Both the position numbers and the translations under genes were made by a program. Source: Sulfurospirillum sp. (GTDB lineage: Bacteria; Campylobacterota; Campylobacteria; Campylobacterales; Sulfurospirillaceae). Taken from it: a DNA stretch of 64,000 nucleotides. The notes beneath the pieces were generated by a model that worked only from the letters and a program-made list of their open reading frames with translations, was not told the origin of the DNA and ran no database searches. Positions 20,309-31,815 of this stretch are shown piece after piece (position 1 is the first letter of the stretch; each line of letters starts with the position of its first letter). The stretch spans positions 1-64,000 of the forward strand of contig JASFYR010000006.1 of NCBI GenBank assembly GCA_045047115.1, in the 5' to 3' direction.

Positions 20309-21202
20309 TTAAAAACCCTTTATGTCGTATTTTTTTATCACTTCTTCTATCTTTTTCATATGCTCACCGCTAGGTTGTGTTAAAGGCAGTCTATACTCTA
20401 ATGTTTTAAGAAGTCCTGCTATATACATAGCAGCCTTTATAGGTATAGGATTGCTTTCACAAAACAGAGCCTTATTTATCTCATAAAGTGCATCATTTAT
20501 CGCTTTTGCTCCATGAAAGTCACCCTCAAGAGCCAGATGAGTGAGCTTGGCTGTTTGGTCAGGCAGCAAATTTGATGTAACCGAAATAACTCCGCTTCCT
20601 CCATTTGAGAGAATAGGGTAGTTTATGGCATCATCCCCGCTGATTACAGCAAGATTAGGCTCATGTGCCAAAAGATCAACACATCTTTCAATAGAGCCTG
20701 TTGCCTCTTTTACACCATATATATTTTCACAGTCATTAAAGAGTCTATAAACAGTTTCAGGCAGCAAATCACAAGCTGTACGGCCAGGTACATTATACAG
20801 CAAAACCGGTATATCTATACTGTGAGCTAAAGCTTTATAGTGCTGATATAATCCCTCTTGCATAGGTTTGTTATAATATGGCGTAACAGAGAGTATACCG
20901 TCTGCTCCGTGTTTCTGTGCAAATTTTGCCAAATCAACTGCTTCATGAGTTGCATTGCTTCCTGCACCTGCTATGACTTTTGTCTCTGTATTTTTACATG
21001 TATCGACCGCAATCTCTATGCATCTTTTATGCTCTTCATGATTTAGCGTGGCGCTCTCTCCTGTAGTTCCCACGGGGACTACTACATCTATACCATTTTC
21101 TATCTGTCTTTTTATAAGTTTTGCATATTGCTCTTCATCTAGTTTTCCTTTCTTGAAAGGAGTGATAAGAGCGGTCATTGCTCCTTTTAAACTTCTTGTC
21201 AT
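20309..21202 (-). CDS. dapA: 4-hydroxy-tetrahydrodipicolinate synthase
   Basis: [25 protein letters not shown]. Confidence 0.96.
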   Translation of the reverse strand: MTRSLKGAMTALITPFKKGKLDEEQYAKLIKRQIENGIDVVVPVGTTGESATLNHEEHKRCIEIAVDTCKNTETKVIAGAGSNATHEAVDLAKFAQKHGADGILSVTPYYNKPMQEGLYQHYKALAHSIDIPVLLYNVPGRTACDLLPETVYRLFNDCENIYGVKEATGSIERCVDLLAHEPNLAVISGDDAINYPILSNGGSGVISVTSNLLPDQTAKLTHLALEGDFHGAKAINDALYEINKALFCESNPIPIKAAMYIAGLLKTLEYRLPLTQPSGEHMKKIEEVIKKYDIKGF

Positions 21203-22506
21203 TTTGTATCCTTTTTTAGTATAACGGTAGTTGAGTGATCTTTAATAAGATACTTCTGTGCTACCTTGATTATATCTTCTTTTGTTAGTTTATTGATTGC
21301 ATCTTCATAATTTAGTAGTGGTTTTATATCTCCTCTGGCAAGATAACTGCCAAAAAGGTTTGCCAAACTTGAAGAATTTTCCATCGAAAAGATAAAGTCA
21401 GCCCTCGTATTTGTTTTTACCTTTTGCACCTCTTTTTCATCTATATCACCATCTTTTATCTTCTCGATAAGTCCTAAAATCTCATTTTCGACATCACTGG
21501 CTTTGACTCCGGGATTGCAAACCGCTAAAAATAAAAATATCGACGGGTCAATCTCTTCCATATTGTAGGCATATACCTGGTTTACCATCTTCTTCCTATC
21601 CACCAAAAGCTCTTGAAGTTTACTGCTTTTTCCACTGCTTAAAAGCTCACTTAAGGCTGAGAGCGCAACTTGGTCAGGATTATTGAAAGCAGGAATCTTG
21701 TATGCGATAGCTATCATCTGCACTTCACTCTCTTTTTTGATTATAATCCTTTTTGCCCCATCTTGAACAGGCTCTATCTGATGGTTTACTCTCATCTTTA
21801 CTTTTGGCTTTTTAATCTCTCCAAACTCCTCTTTTGCCTCTTTAAAGACATTTTTGGGCTCTATGTCACCTGCAACTATAACTATAGCATTGTCCGGTCT
21901 GTAGAACATCTTATGGAAATCTTTTATATCTTTTATAGTCCAATTTTTTATATCGTCTTTAAAGCCAATAGGTGTCCAATGGTATGGATGATAGGTAAAG
22001 GCATTGTTAAAGAGTCTAAAGTAGAGATACCCGGTAGGTGAATTGTCAGTTCTCCATCTTCTCTCTTCCATCACTACATTTCTTTCTGGTTGAAACTCTT
22101 TGTCACTTAACTTTAATTTAGACATCAAATCAGCAAAAAGGTGTAGAGATTTTTTTAGATTTTTAGATGAGCTTTTGATAAAATAGTGAGTGAAATCAAA
22201 ACCTGTTGAAGCATTGTTTACTCCTCCGAAACCCTTAACTATCCTATCAAACTCACCGGCTTTTAAGTCTTGTGTGGATTTGAAATTCATATGTTCAAGC
22301 ATATGTGCTATACCGCTTTTGCCCATGATTTCATTTCTGCTTCCAACTTTGTAGATTATATCTGTTGTAATTACACCACTTCCGTTTTTCATAGGAATCA
22401 CTACAATTTGCAGTCCGTTTTCTAATGTCTTTGTATAGTATTTTGGCAGTGAATTAGCCATCAAAACTCCTGTAAGTATAAAAATTAAGTATAAAAATCG
22501 TCTCAT
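21199..22506 (-). CDS. M16 family zinc protease
   Basis: HMLEH inverted zinc motif, [15 protein letters not shown]-terminal signal. Confidence 0.92.
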   Translation of the reverse strand: MRRFLYLIFILTGVLMANSLPKYYTKTLENGLQIVVIPMKNGSGVITTDIIYKVGSRNEIMGKSGIAHMLEHMNFKSTQDLKAGEFDRIVKGFGGVNNASTGFDFTHYFIKSSSKNLKKSLHLFADLMSKLKLSDKEFQPERNVVMEERRWRTDNSPTGYLYFRLFNNAFTYHPYHWTPIGFKDDIKNWTIKDIKDFHKMFYRPDNAIVIVAGDIEPKNVFKEAKEEFGEIKKPKVKMRVNHQIEPVQDGAKRIIIKKESEVQMIAIAYKIPAFNNPDQVALSALSELLSSGKSSKLQELLVDRKKMVNQVYAYNMEEIDPSIFLFLAVCNPGVKASDVENEILGLIEKIKDGDIDEKEVQKVKTNTRADFIFSMENSSSLANLFGSYLARGDIKPLLNYEDAINKLTKEDIIKVAQKYLIKDHSTTVILKKDTK

Positions 22507-23561
22507 AAATCGCTTCCTATAGCTTCGCTTATGTGATTAAATCCATCTTTTCTCATCATGAGTATTATCTCCTCATTTATATCTTTGAGCAGCTTCGGTC
22601 CTTTAAAGATAAATGAGCTGTAAACCTGCACCAAATTTGCCCCTGCTTTGATCCTCCTGTATGCCTCTTCGGCACTGTCTATACCCCCAACAGAAATCAA
22701 AACTGTTCTTCCAAAGAACTCTTTTGCCAACTCTTTAAAAAGATTATAGCTTTTTTCTTTTAATACTTTTCCGCTTATACCACCAAAATCTTTAGCATCA
22801 GGTAAAAGTGTATAGTCTATGGTCGTATTTGTAGCTATGATTCCGTTAGCTCCATTATCCAATGCAACTCCGCATAAGTTGATAGCATCGTGTACTTCCA
22901 AATCAGGTGCTATTTTCAATAAAACAGGCTTGCTTGTCAATTCTCTTGCCATAACAAAGAGTTCTTTTATAAATTTTTCATTTTGCAAGTCTCTGAGTCC
23001 CGGAGTATTTGGGGATGAAATATTTATCACCAAATAATCACTCAAATCTCTAAAGGCTTCTATTAGTTTTCTATAATCCTTAAGTGTATTTTCTCGAGTA
23101 GTGTTTTTGTTTTTACCTATATTTGCTCCAAGTGGAGTTGCATACGGATACAGCTTCTTTACTCTTTTTGAGATCTTTTCCATACCGTCATTATTAAATC
23201 CCATGGCATTTTGGATACTCTCAAACTTGGGGTATCTGAACATTCTCGGTTTTTTATTTCCACTTTGCGGTAAAGGTGTTATTGTACCATATTCTATATG
23301 CCCAAATCCAAAAGAGGTCAACATTTTCACCATAGTTGCATTTTTATCAAAACCGGCGGCTAACCCAACGGGATTCAAAAATGTAGTCTCAAAGAGTCTT
23401 TGTTCAAGCATTTTATCACTCACAAAATACCTCTCAGCAAGAAAAGAGGGAACGGTTTGGCAATAATTTGAAAAAAATCTAAATGTAAATTCAGCTATAT
23501 TATGTGCGTTTTCAGGGCTAAACAGAAAAAGCAATCTCTTCAACCTATCGTAATTAAGCAT
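22503..23561 (-). CDS. pyrD: Dihydroorotate dehydrogenase (quinone)
   Basis: GLAAGFDK, NAMGFNN, NISSPNTPGLR, KIAPDL, GGISG. Confidence 0.96.
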   Translation of the reverse strand: MLNYDRLKRLLFLFSPENAHNIAEFTFRFFSNYCQTVPSFLAERYFVSDKMLEQRLFETTFLNPVGLAAGFDKNATMVKMLTSFGFGHIEYGTITPLPQSGNKKPRMFRYPKFESIQNAMGFNNDGMEKISKRVKKLYPYATPLGANIGKNKNTTRENTLKDYRKLIEAFRDLSDYLVINISSPNTPGLRDLQNEKFIKELFVMARELTSKPVLLKIAPDLEVHDAINLCGVALDNGANGIIATNTTIDYTLLPDAKDFGGISGKVLKEKSYNLFKELAKEFFGRTVLISVGGIDSAEEAYRRIKAGANLVQVYSSFIFKGPKLLKDINEEIILMMRKDGFNHISEAIGSDL

Positions 23562-23745
23562 GTATAAACTCCGTAGTATAATAAAAGAGTTTATTATACT
23601 CTAAAAAATCTGAAAAACTAATATAAGATTTTAGCATTATAGAAGATTTACCTGGACTTAGATATGAAAGTTAAATTTATTAATAAAAAATATGATAAAG
23701 TGTGTAAGGTTAGTTAGCAAAAACGGCATACAAGGAATTTTTAAT

Positions 23746-24735
23746 ATGCATATTATTTTATTGTCTATATTTTTTATTACTTCTCTTTTTTCTGAAAATT
23801 ATATAGATAAACTACATCACAAAATCTCAAAAAATATAGTAAAAGTATCTGCAGGTACTGATAATTTCATAGCAGAAAAAATTGGATTGTTCTCACAAAA
23901 TGCAGGCACTGATTTAAAAACAGAAATAAACAAAGAGGACACTTTTTTCAGAAGTAATAAATACATAGAAGAGACATTAAAATCTTTTATCAGAGTCTCC
24001 GTAAAGTATGATTATAATTCATTATATAAAAATAATTTTAACATAAATATACATGCTAATATTGACCTAAAAAGAAGCAGTAAAAATTTAAAGCTCTTTA
24101 TTAGTGATTTAAACAATAATAATGTGAATTTGCCAAATATAAATCACTACAAAGAAGGCAATACTGCTATCGGTGTAAGCTTAATGGAAAGGGTAGGAGA
24201 GTATTTTAATGCAAAATACTCATTTGGAATTAGAAGCTTGTATCCTTTTGTGAAAGCTAGATTTTTTCTTAAAAATAGATTTGGTAAATTTCAAATAGAA
24301 CCTGTACAGACCCTCCAATATTCTACTAAAGATCATTTTAAAGAGACCACAAAGCTTTATCTGGATAGTTTTTTAAAAGATAATCTACTTTTTAGAACTG
24401 AACTTGGACGAGGCAGCAGATCAGAATATAATGGTATGGATTATGATGTAACTTTTCATCTCTTTTGGACAATGAATTCAAAATCAGGTTTTGTGTTAAC
24501 TCAGGCATTTTATGGAAATACCAAATATGAATATATTACCAACAAGATATCCAGGGAACAAAAAAAATTTAACGGAATCAATAACTACCTCACACAACTC
24601 TCATATAGACAAAATATATAAAAAAAATGGATATTTTATGAATTAGGCTCCGGAGTAAATTTCTCAAAAGAGAATAAATATCGAGCAAATTATAGATTAT
24701 ATTTAAAATTTGATATTTTTTTTGGTAATTTGTAA
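23746..24735 (+). pseudogene. Putative outer-membrane beta-barrel protein interrupted by an in-frame TAA at 24619-24621
   Basis: RBS AAGGA, ATG 23746, signal-like MHIILLSIFFITSLFS; amphipathic beta strands; the same frame continues after the stop as KKWIFYELGSGVNFSKENKYRANYRLYLKFDIFFGNL*. Confidence 0.65.
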
Positions 24736-26442
24736 ACCTTTTAGTTTTCTATACTCATCAGAACTATTTTCCAACTCTTTGTCACTGCCTACAGAGTTTA
24801 TCTTTCCATGCTTCAAGACTATAATCCTATCAGCTTTTTGTATAGTGCTTAATCTGTGAGCTATTACAAAAGTTATCTTGTTTTTTGCTATATTTTCTAT
24901 AGCATGACTTATTTTTTGCTCACTTTTACTGTCAAGTGCACTTGTAGCCTCATCAAAAATTAAAATTTTCGGATCTTTATATATGGCTCTTGCTATAGCA
25001 ATTCGTTGTCTTTGTCCACCCGACAGATTTGTACCAAATTCATCCAGCTTGGTATATATGCCCTCTGACAAATCTTCAATAAAATCATAAGCATTTGCTT
25101 TTTTAAGAGCCTCAATAACTCTTTTTTCATCAATTTTTTGTCCATAGGCTACATTTGCAGCTATAGAGTCATGAAGTATATAGACCCTTTGTGTAACTAT
25201 GGCTATGCTTTCTCGAAGTTTCAATATGTCAAGTGATTTTATATCTATATCGTTGATTTTTATCTTTCCGCTTGTAGGGTCAAAAAATCTTACAAGAAGA
25301 TTCACAAGTGAAGTTTTCCCGCCTCCGCTATCTCCGACAAATGCTATAAATTCTCCTTTTTTTGCCTTAAAAGTTATATCATTTAAAGCAGTTTTATCTC
25401 CATATTTTAAAACTATATTTTCATAGCTGACGCTCTGTATGTTTTGAGGAAATTTATGTTTGCCACTTTTTATTTTTGGCTTTAAATCAAGCAAAAAGAA
25501 AATTCTCTCACTCGCAGCAACAGCATCTTGCATACGATTATATAGACCGGAAATCCTCTTTATAGGGGTGTAAAGCATAAAAAGAGCAGTTAAAAAAGAG
25601 AAGAAACTGCCTACGCTCATGGTTCCTTCTATGACCTCCTTACCACCCACAATGATAACTACAGCAACACCAATAGAGCCTAAAGTTTCCATTAGCGGAC
25701 TGACAAGTTGTGTCACTTTTACGCTTTTCATATTTAGTTTAAAATACTTTTTATTATCTTCCTCAAAAAGTTTATGCTCAAATTTTTGGGCATTATTTGC
25801 TTTTATAATCTCAATATTATTAAAAATCTCACTCAATTTGGCAGTTAAATCAGATATCTTTTCTTGTGACATTCTTGAGATTTTTTTCATCCTTTTTGCC
25901 AGCAAACCAAGTGGATATATAGCTATAGGTAAAATGACCAGAGAGTACAATGCCAATTCTCCATTTTGGTAAATCACAACAGCAACCAAACCAATGATAG
26001 TGAAAATTTCTCTGAAAAATTCCGGTATGATATTTGAGACTACCAGCCTAATCCTCTCGACATCATTCGTGTTTCTGCTTATGAGCTCGCCGCTGCGATA
26101 TTTGTGAAAAAACTCTATATCCAAAGAGAGTATATTGTCTAAAAGTTTATCTCTAAAGCGTCTTATGATATCTTGTCCTATATACTCCGTAAAATACGCC
26201 TGCATGTATCGTCCCGACTCTTTTGCAGCATATACTGCGATAATAGCATATGGCAACAGATAGAGCATATGCTCATCTTTTGCGATGAAAATCTTATCCA
26301 AAAGAGGTTTTACAAGGTATGCAGATGCTGCAGTACCACTTGAGGCCAAAATCATACCAATTACTGCAAAAATAAAATAGGGTATATAATCTTTATAATA
26401 TGGCGTAAATCTTTTTAGTATTCTACTGAGGTTACTGTTCAT
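24703..26442 (-). CDS. msbA: Lipid A export ABC transporter (MsbA-like)
   Basis: 6-TM domain plus GDSGGGKT, LSGGQRQR, DEATSALD, IAHRLST. Confidence 0.85.
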   Translation of the reverse strand: MNSNLSRILKRFTPYYKDYIPYFIFAVIGMILASSGTAASAYLVKPLLDKIFIAKDEHMLYLLPYAIIAVYAAKESGRYMQAYFTEYIGQDIIRRFRDKLLDNILSLDIEFFHKYRSGELISRNTNDVERIRLVVSNIIPEFFREIFTIIGLVAVVIYQNGELALYSLVILPIAIYPLGLLAKRMKKISRMSQEKISDLTAKLSEIFNNIEIIKANNAQKFEHKLFEEDNKKYFKLNMKSVKVTQLVSPLMETLGSIGVAVVIIVGGKEVIEGTMSVGSFFSFLTALFMLYTPIKRISGLYNRMQDAVAASERIFFLLDLKPKIKSGKHKFPQNIQSVSYENIVLKYGDKTALNDITFKAKKGEFIAFVGDSGGGKTSLVNLLVRFFDPTSGKIKINDIDIKSLDILKLRESIAIVTQRVYILHDSIAANVAYGQKIDEKRVIEALKKANAYDFIEDLSEGIYTKLDEFGTNLSGGQRQRIAIARAIYKDPKILIFDEATSALDSKSEQKISHAIENIAKNKITFVIAHRLSTIQKADRIIVLKHGKINSVGSDKELENSSDEYRKLKGLQITKKNIKF

Positions 26443-27838
26443 CTATCTTTTCCCATACTGTTCCCCCAGCCGTATCCATCAGCTGTATCTTTATATTTGC
26501 CAACTTGGCTCTTATCTCATCAGCTTTTTTATAGTCCTTCTCTTTTTTTGCCCTGTCTCTTTGGCTTATCAGGTCTTCAATTCTATTTTTCTGCTCTTTT
26601 GTTATGCCCAGTTGAAAATACTCATAAGGATTTTTAAATCCGACTCCAAGCAGTTTGTCCAGATACAAAATATTTGCATTTATCTCATATTTTAGTTTTT
26701 TGTTTTTCGGCTCGATATCCAGTTTTTCATTTGATGAAGAGATCATACAGTCTATAACACTAAGAGCTTTTGAAATATTCAAGTCATCACTTAAAGCATT
26801 CAGCAACTCTTTCTTAAACTCTTTATTTACAGTAGAAATTTTAGAGCCAAATACTCTTTTCTTGAGTCTATATAGCTTATCAAGCCTCTTTTTACTTATA
26901 AGCAGATCCTCTTCGGAAAAATTAAAATTTGCACGATAGTGGGTAGAGAGCAGATAAAATCTCAAAATCTCACCATCATAGATACTTAGTGCATCTTTGA
27001 GAAAGAAACTGTTACCAAGAGATTTGCTCATTTTTTCGCCGTTTATAGTTACAAAACCGTTGTGCATCCAATACTTCGCCAGCTCTTGTCCGCTTTGACA
27101 TCTCGTTTGCGAAGCCTCATTTTCATGATGGGGAAATAGCAAATCCATACCCCCGCCATGTATATCGATCTGAAAAGGCGAATTGTCATAGGCTATATGT
27201 TTTTTTATCATACAAGAACACTCTATATGCCATCCCGGTCTGCCGTCTCCAAATGATGCACCATATGTCGGTTCGCCCTCTTTGGAGAATTTCCAAAGGG
27301 CAAAATCTTTTAAATTTTTCTTTTGAATCATAGTACAGACTCTCGATTGTAGATTATCTGTATCTATGTTCATATGGGATATACTCAGATATTTTTCATC
27401 TTTCGTGGTATCGAAGTATATGCCGTCATCAAGCCTGTAGGCTATATTTTTATCTAAGAGATTTTGAATAAAAGTGATAATTTCATCTATCGTTTCAGTT
27501 GCTTTTGGCTCTATGTCCGCATCTCTTATATCAAGAGAGTGCATCTCATCTTTATATCTTTTTATATAAAAATTTGTAATTTTCTCCAGAGTCTCTCCGC
27601 TCTCTTGCATTTTTTTTATAATTTTATCATCTATATCTGTAAAGTTTTTTACAAAAGTAACCTCGTATCCGACTCCTTCAAGAGTCCTTCTTAAGAGGTC
27701 AAAGGCTATAGAACTTCTAGCGTGCCCCAAGTGCGCATCATCGTATACTGTAGGTCCGCAGACATAGACTCTCACCTCATCTTTGACTATAGGCTCAAAA
27801 AGTACCTTTTTTTTCAAAACAGAATCAAATATATACAT
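26432..27838 (-). CDS. cysS: Cysteine--tRNA ligase
   Basis: CGPTVYD, HLGH, GRPGWHIEC, KMSKSLGN. Confidence 0.97.
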   Translation of the reverse strand: MYIFDSVLKKKVLFEPIVKDEVRVYVCGPTVYDDAHLGHARSSIAFDLLRRTLEGVGYEVTFVKNFTDIDDKIIKKMQESGETLEKITNFYIKRYKDEMHSLDIRDADIEPKATETIDEIITFIQNLLDKNIAYRLDDGIYFDTTKDEKYLSISHMNIDTDNLQSRVCTMIQKKNLKDFALWKFSKEGEPTYGASFGDGRPGWHIECSCMIKKHIAYDNSPFQIDIHGGGMDLLFPHHENEASQTRCQSGQELAKYWMHNGFVTINGEKMSKSLGNSFFLKDALSIYDGEILRFYLLSTHYRANFNFSEEDLLISKKRLDKLYRLKKRVFGSKISTVNKEFKKELLNALSDDLNISKALSVIDCMISSSNEKLDIEPKNKKLKYEINANILYLDKLLGVGFKNPYEYFQLGITKEQKNRIEDLISQRDRAKKEKDYKKADEIRAKLANIKIQLMDTAGGTVWEKIDEQ

Positions 27839-29228
27839 CAATTATATCCTTAAACCATAAAAGTATGAGAACTTCTAAAGTAATCATTACCAAAAGCAGT
27901 ATTGTTTTTTTGAGTGAGATTATATCTAAAAATTGTTTTATACCAAATGCTCTTACAGTAAATACAAAAAGAGTAAGCCCAGATATGGAACTGGCAAGTG
28001 CAAGACCCATTACCCCTAAAGGCTTTATAAGTGCCAGGGATAGCACAACATTTGATCCCAGAGAGTACAAAGATATTTTTGCTGCAATATTTTGTTGATT
28101 TTTAGAGTAGAGCCACAGGGAAAATATCTTTGATATACCAAAAGGCAAAAGACCCAAAAGATACATCTGAAGCACCTGGGATGTATACAAAGCATTTAGT
28201 GATGTAAAAGATCCTCTTTGAAAAAGAATTTTTACAATCTCATCACCAAGTATAACACCTGCTATCATAGAAAAACTCAATACAAAAACCAAAAACCAAA
28301 AAGAGTCTCCCAGCAGTTTCAAGGCTTTTTTGTCATCTCCAATTTTTAACATTTTTGCGATTTTTGGGAATATTCCAACACTCAAAGCGATCGCAAAAAG
28401 AGCAAGCGGAAGTTGAAAGACTCTATTTCCGTAGTACAGATAGCTAATACTGCCGCTTGCTAAAAAACTGGCCAGCCAGGTATCCAAGAAGGCTGAAATC
28501 TGTGCAGTAGAATTTCCGATAATCGCATGATAAAATGATTTGTAAAATATCTTTGATTGGTTTTGTATTTTTTTGCGTTTTGAGAGCCTGTATCCGACTG
28601 TAAATATCCTGAAAAGTCTCTTTCTCTTCAGTGCAATCAAGTGGGCGATGACTTGTAGTATGCCGCCAATTATCACCGCATAGCTCATGGCATATACTAT
28701 CTCTGATTTTGTCAGGTTTCTACTTAACAAGAGTGCTGTTATAAGCGAGATATTTAAAAGTGTTGTTGAAAAAGCAGTTGTAGCAAAATGATTTTTATAT
28801 TGCAACATAGCGGCAAAAAATGACACGCAAAAAATAAGAGGCAGATAGTAGAAATTTATAGCCACAAAAGTTGAGGCCAGCTCTACATCTTTTTGGCTAA
28901 AACCTATAGCTATCACTTTGGTAAAAAAATCACTAAAAAGCGTAACAAGCAAAGAGAATATGAGTAAAAAGAGAAAAAACCTTATAAAAATTCTATATGC
29001 AAAGAGAGATTTCTTTTTTGCTTTTGCAAAGTTTGGTATAAAGCTTTGAGTAAAAGCACCCTCTGCAAAAATTCGTCTAAAGAGATTTGGAAGTTTAAAT
29101 GCAACAAAGAAAATATCACTATATATATTTGCACCAAGGATAGAAGCAGTTAGCAAATCTCTGAGAAAACCAAAAATTCTAGAGACTAAAATACCCATAC
29201 TATTTGTAAAAAATGATTTTAAAAACAT
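27825..29228 (-). CDS. murJ: Lipid II flippase MurJ (MviN)
   Basis: SRIFGFLRD, PNLFRRIFAEGAF, multi-TM. Confidence 0.95.
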   Translation of the reverse strand: MFLKSFFTNSMGILVSRIFGFLRDLLTASILGANIYSDIFFVAFKLPNLFRRIFAEGAFTQSFIPNFAKAKKKSLFAYRIFIRFFLFLLIFSLLVTLFSDFFTKVIAIGFSQKDVELASTFVAINFYYLPLIFCVSFFAAMLQYKNHFATTAFSTTLLNISLITALLLSRNLTKSEIVYAMSYAVIIGGILQVIAHLIALKRKRLFRIFTVGYRLSKRKKIQNQSKIFYKSFYHAIIGNSTAQISAFLDTWLASFLASGSISYLYYGNRVFQLPLALFAIALSVGIFPKIAKMLKIGDDKKALKLLGDSFWFLVFVLSFSMIAGVILGDEIVKILFQRGSFTSLNALYTSQVLQMYLLGLLPFGISKIFSLWLYSKNQQNIAAKISLYSLGSNVVLSLALIKPLGVMGLALASSISGLTLFVFTVRAFGIKQFLDIISLKKTILLLVMITLEVLILLWFKDIIDVYI

Positions 29229-29319
29229 TTTTTATTGTATCGAAAGGAGCGTTAAATAGAGCTTTTATATATTTTATTGTACAATAGGCATTTTAATATT
29301 TTGGCAAAAGGATTTTGTT

Positions 29320-31239
29320 TTGGGTTTATTTAGTAAAAGTTCTGACAATACTGACAGCAAGCAATCCAATCATATAAATGATGATTTTACTTCTGTTATT
29401 ATTGACACTCAAAATATTGCTGACGAGATAAAAAGTGTAGCAAGCTCTCATAATCTAGACCCGAAAGAGTTGTCATTCAGGGTTTTAAAAGTAACAACTA
29501 CATATAAAACCCACAAGGGTGAAGAGTTCAAGGATTTAAGTGAGAAAGACAAAGGTATATTTAATGATAATGATTTTCTGCTAAACCCTGATTTGAAAAT
29601 ACGCCAACATTATAAAGTTGAAATTTTTAAAAAAAGCGATATGAATCAAGATGAAGCGATACCGGAAATAATGCTAAGTGGAAATAAATCTTTGACAAAA
29701 ATTATTGCGACAATTAAAAAAAATCTTGATATTAAGTACTTTTCCAAACTGGAGCAGAGAATAATTGAAGGAATCAATACAAAAAAAGTACAATCCAATA
29801 TTCTTGTTGGTATTCGCGATGAAAATATGTACAAAGAGGTAAAAAAAGTTGTATCAGGCATAAGAGTCAAAAATTTCCTGGAAAAAGATCATATGTTTAT
29901 AGTTTGTCAGGGACTGGATAAAGTTTCGGCAATTGATGACAAGCTAATTTATCATTACAAAAACAAGATTAAAACCAAAGACAGACAAGGAAGGGTTGAT
30001 TATTCGAAAAGAGGCTTCATACTCGCTGTATCAAAAGGTGAAACTGTCATAGAATACATCAAACCACAATCAGGCATACCCGGAAAAAATTGTCAGGGAA
30101 GATTTTTAAGTGTAAAAGAACCCTCAAGCAGCAATCAGACAGATATAAACCACACAGAAAATATTATAAAAAAAGAGGATGACAGCAAGATACTGTATAT
30201 AGCAAACAAAAACGGTTATGTTAATTTTGAAAACGGCACATATGATATACAGGACAATATGGAGATTGCCTCTGTTGATTTTAAATCCACAGGCTCAATA
30301 GAGACTGATTTAAGCGCGGATGTAAAGATAAATATAAAAGAGAGCGATATATTCAAAGATGCTATCGGGCCGGGGATGAGTGTAGAAACTTCAGAATTAC
30401 ATGTAGAGGGCAACATAGCAAGCGGCGCATCTATCAAAGCAAAGACGGTAGAAATTAAAGGACAGACACATAAAACAGCCACTATCGAAGCCGATAATGT
30501 CAAGATAGCTGTGCACAGAGGAAATGCAAGTGGAAAGAGTATAGAGATAGACAGACTCGAAGGCGGTTTTGTGAGTGGAGAAAATATAAACATAAAGAGT
30601 GTTATAGGTGGTGAGATTGTCGGAAAGAATATATATATCGAGGAATTAACCTCAAATGCCTCAATCAGAGCCGCTAATCTCATTGACATAAAAAAACTAA
30701 AAGGAAACAATAATAAGTTGGCAATTGACCCAACAGCAATAAAACAGTACAGCCAAAAAATTGAAAATATCAAAAGCGAAATAAACAAATTAACCATTTC
30801 AATCAAGCCTGTACCTAAAATACTAGAGGCAAAAAAAAGAGTTATCGAAACAAATAAAAGCGTTATTGAGGATATAAAAAATAAAATAATTGAACTAAAA
30901 AATGATGGAAAAACTCCTCCTGTTTCACTTCTTGGAAAAATAAAAGAGTATCAAAAGATGGTTAATGACTACAATCAGATTCTCAGGGATTTTAAAGTCA
31001 AAAAACAGAAAATATCTAATCTGGATACAGAATTACAATCATCTCAGGATCAAATTTTTTCAGCAAAAATTATAAATCACGGAGTTTGGAAAGAGTTTAA
31101 TGAGGTTAAATTTAAACTCATATATCCTCCTGTTGAGATTACATATAACACAAGGGAAAATGAGATTATAAGAGAGATAACGCTGCAAAGAATTGAGAAC
31201 GAAAAATTTGAGATAAAAAGATCAAGTGAGTATAGCTAA
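29320..31239 (+). CDS. fapA: Flagellar assembly protein A (FapA/DUF342 family)
   Basis: TTG start with AAGGA RBS; 'IKPQSGIPGKNCQG', 'VDFKSTGSI', beta-helix-like repeats then coiled coil; position next to ruvA. Confidence 0.75.
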   Translation: MGLFSKSSDNTDSKQSNHINDDFTSVIIDTQNIADEIKSVASSHNLDPKELSFRVLKVTTTYKTHKGEEFKDLSEKDKGIFNDNDFLLNPDLKIRQHYKVEIFKKSDMNQDEAIPEIMLSGNKSLTKIIATIKKNLDIKYFSKLEQRIIEGINTKKVQSNILVGIRDENMYKEVKKVVSGIRVKNFLEKDHMFIVCQGLDKVSAIDDKLIYHYKNKIKTKDRQGRVDYSKRGFILAVSKGETVIEYIKPQSGIPGKNCQGRFLSVKEPSSSNQTDINHTENIIKKEDDSKILYIANKNGYVNFENGTYDIQDNMEIASVDFKSTGSIETDLSADVKINIKESDIFKDAIGPGMSVETSELHVEGNIASGASIKAKTVEIKGQTHKTATIEADNVKIAVHRGNASGKSIEIDRLEGGFVSGENINIKSVIGGEIVGKNIYIEELTSNASIRAANLIDIKKLKGNNNKLAIDPTAIKQYSQKIENIKSEINKLTISIKPVPKILEAKKRVIETNKSVIEDIKNKIIELKNDGKTPPVSLLGKIKEYQKMVNDYNQILRDFKVKKQKISNLDTELQSSQDQIFSAKIINHGVWKEFNEVKFKLIYPPVEITYNTRENEIIREITLQRIENEKFEIKRSSEYS

Positions 31240-31800
31240 ATGATAGTCGGTATCGAAGGTCTAATTGTACAAAAAGGTCCAACTTTTTTACACATCAAAA
31301 TTGCTTCCGGACTAATATACAAAGTTCATATTTCACTCTTTTCGTCTTCTGGAATAAACATCAAAGAGAGTGTTTCTTTGTTTACAACACAAATCATCAG
31401 AGAAGACCACCATTCGATGTATGGTTTTTTAGATATGGATGAAAAAAATATTTTTGATACAGTGATAAAACTTAATGGTATCGGACCATCTACGGCTTTG
31501 GCAATCTGCTCAACTCTCAGTCCGAATGATTTTGCTTCTGCACTTGCAAGTCAAAATGTCGAAGCCTTCAAAAGAGTCCCGGGCATTGGACCAAAAAGTG
31601 CAAAAAGAATATTGGTGGAGCTAAGTGACTTCTCCTTGGAGTCGCTAGAGTCAGGAAGTGGCGATAAAAGCCAACTTGATGCCATCTTGGCATTGGAAAG
31701 TCTGGGATTTAAGAAGGACAGAGTAAGAAAGACTTTATCAACCTGCAAAAGCAGTTCTACAGCCGAACTCATAAAAGAAGCTCTAAAAAAATTAGCATAA
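31240..31800 (+). CDS. ruvA: Holliday junction branch migration protein RuvA
   Basis: IIRED..YGF, NGIGP, VPGIGPKSAKRI HhH, ALESLGF. Confidence 0.96.
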   Translation: MIVGIEGLIVQKGPTFLHIKIASGLIYKVHISLFSSSGINIKESVSLFTTQIIREDHHSMYGFLDMDEKNIFDTVIKLNGIGPSTALAICSTLSPNDFASALASQNVEAFKRVPGIGPKSAKRILVELSDFSLESLESGSGDKSQLDAILALESLGFKKDRVRKTLSTCKSSSTAELIKEALKKLA

Positions 31801-31815
31801 ATAAAGGACAATAGG

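Noticed and set aside
24619..24627. A8 tract as a phase-variation switch for the beta-barrel gene
   Set aside because: The downstream part is already in frame; slippage would not remove the TAA
29300..29320. TTGGCA upstream of fapA as a sigma54 promoter
   Set aside because: No GC at the -12 position and it overlaps the RBS
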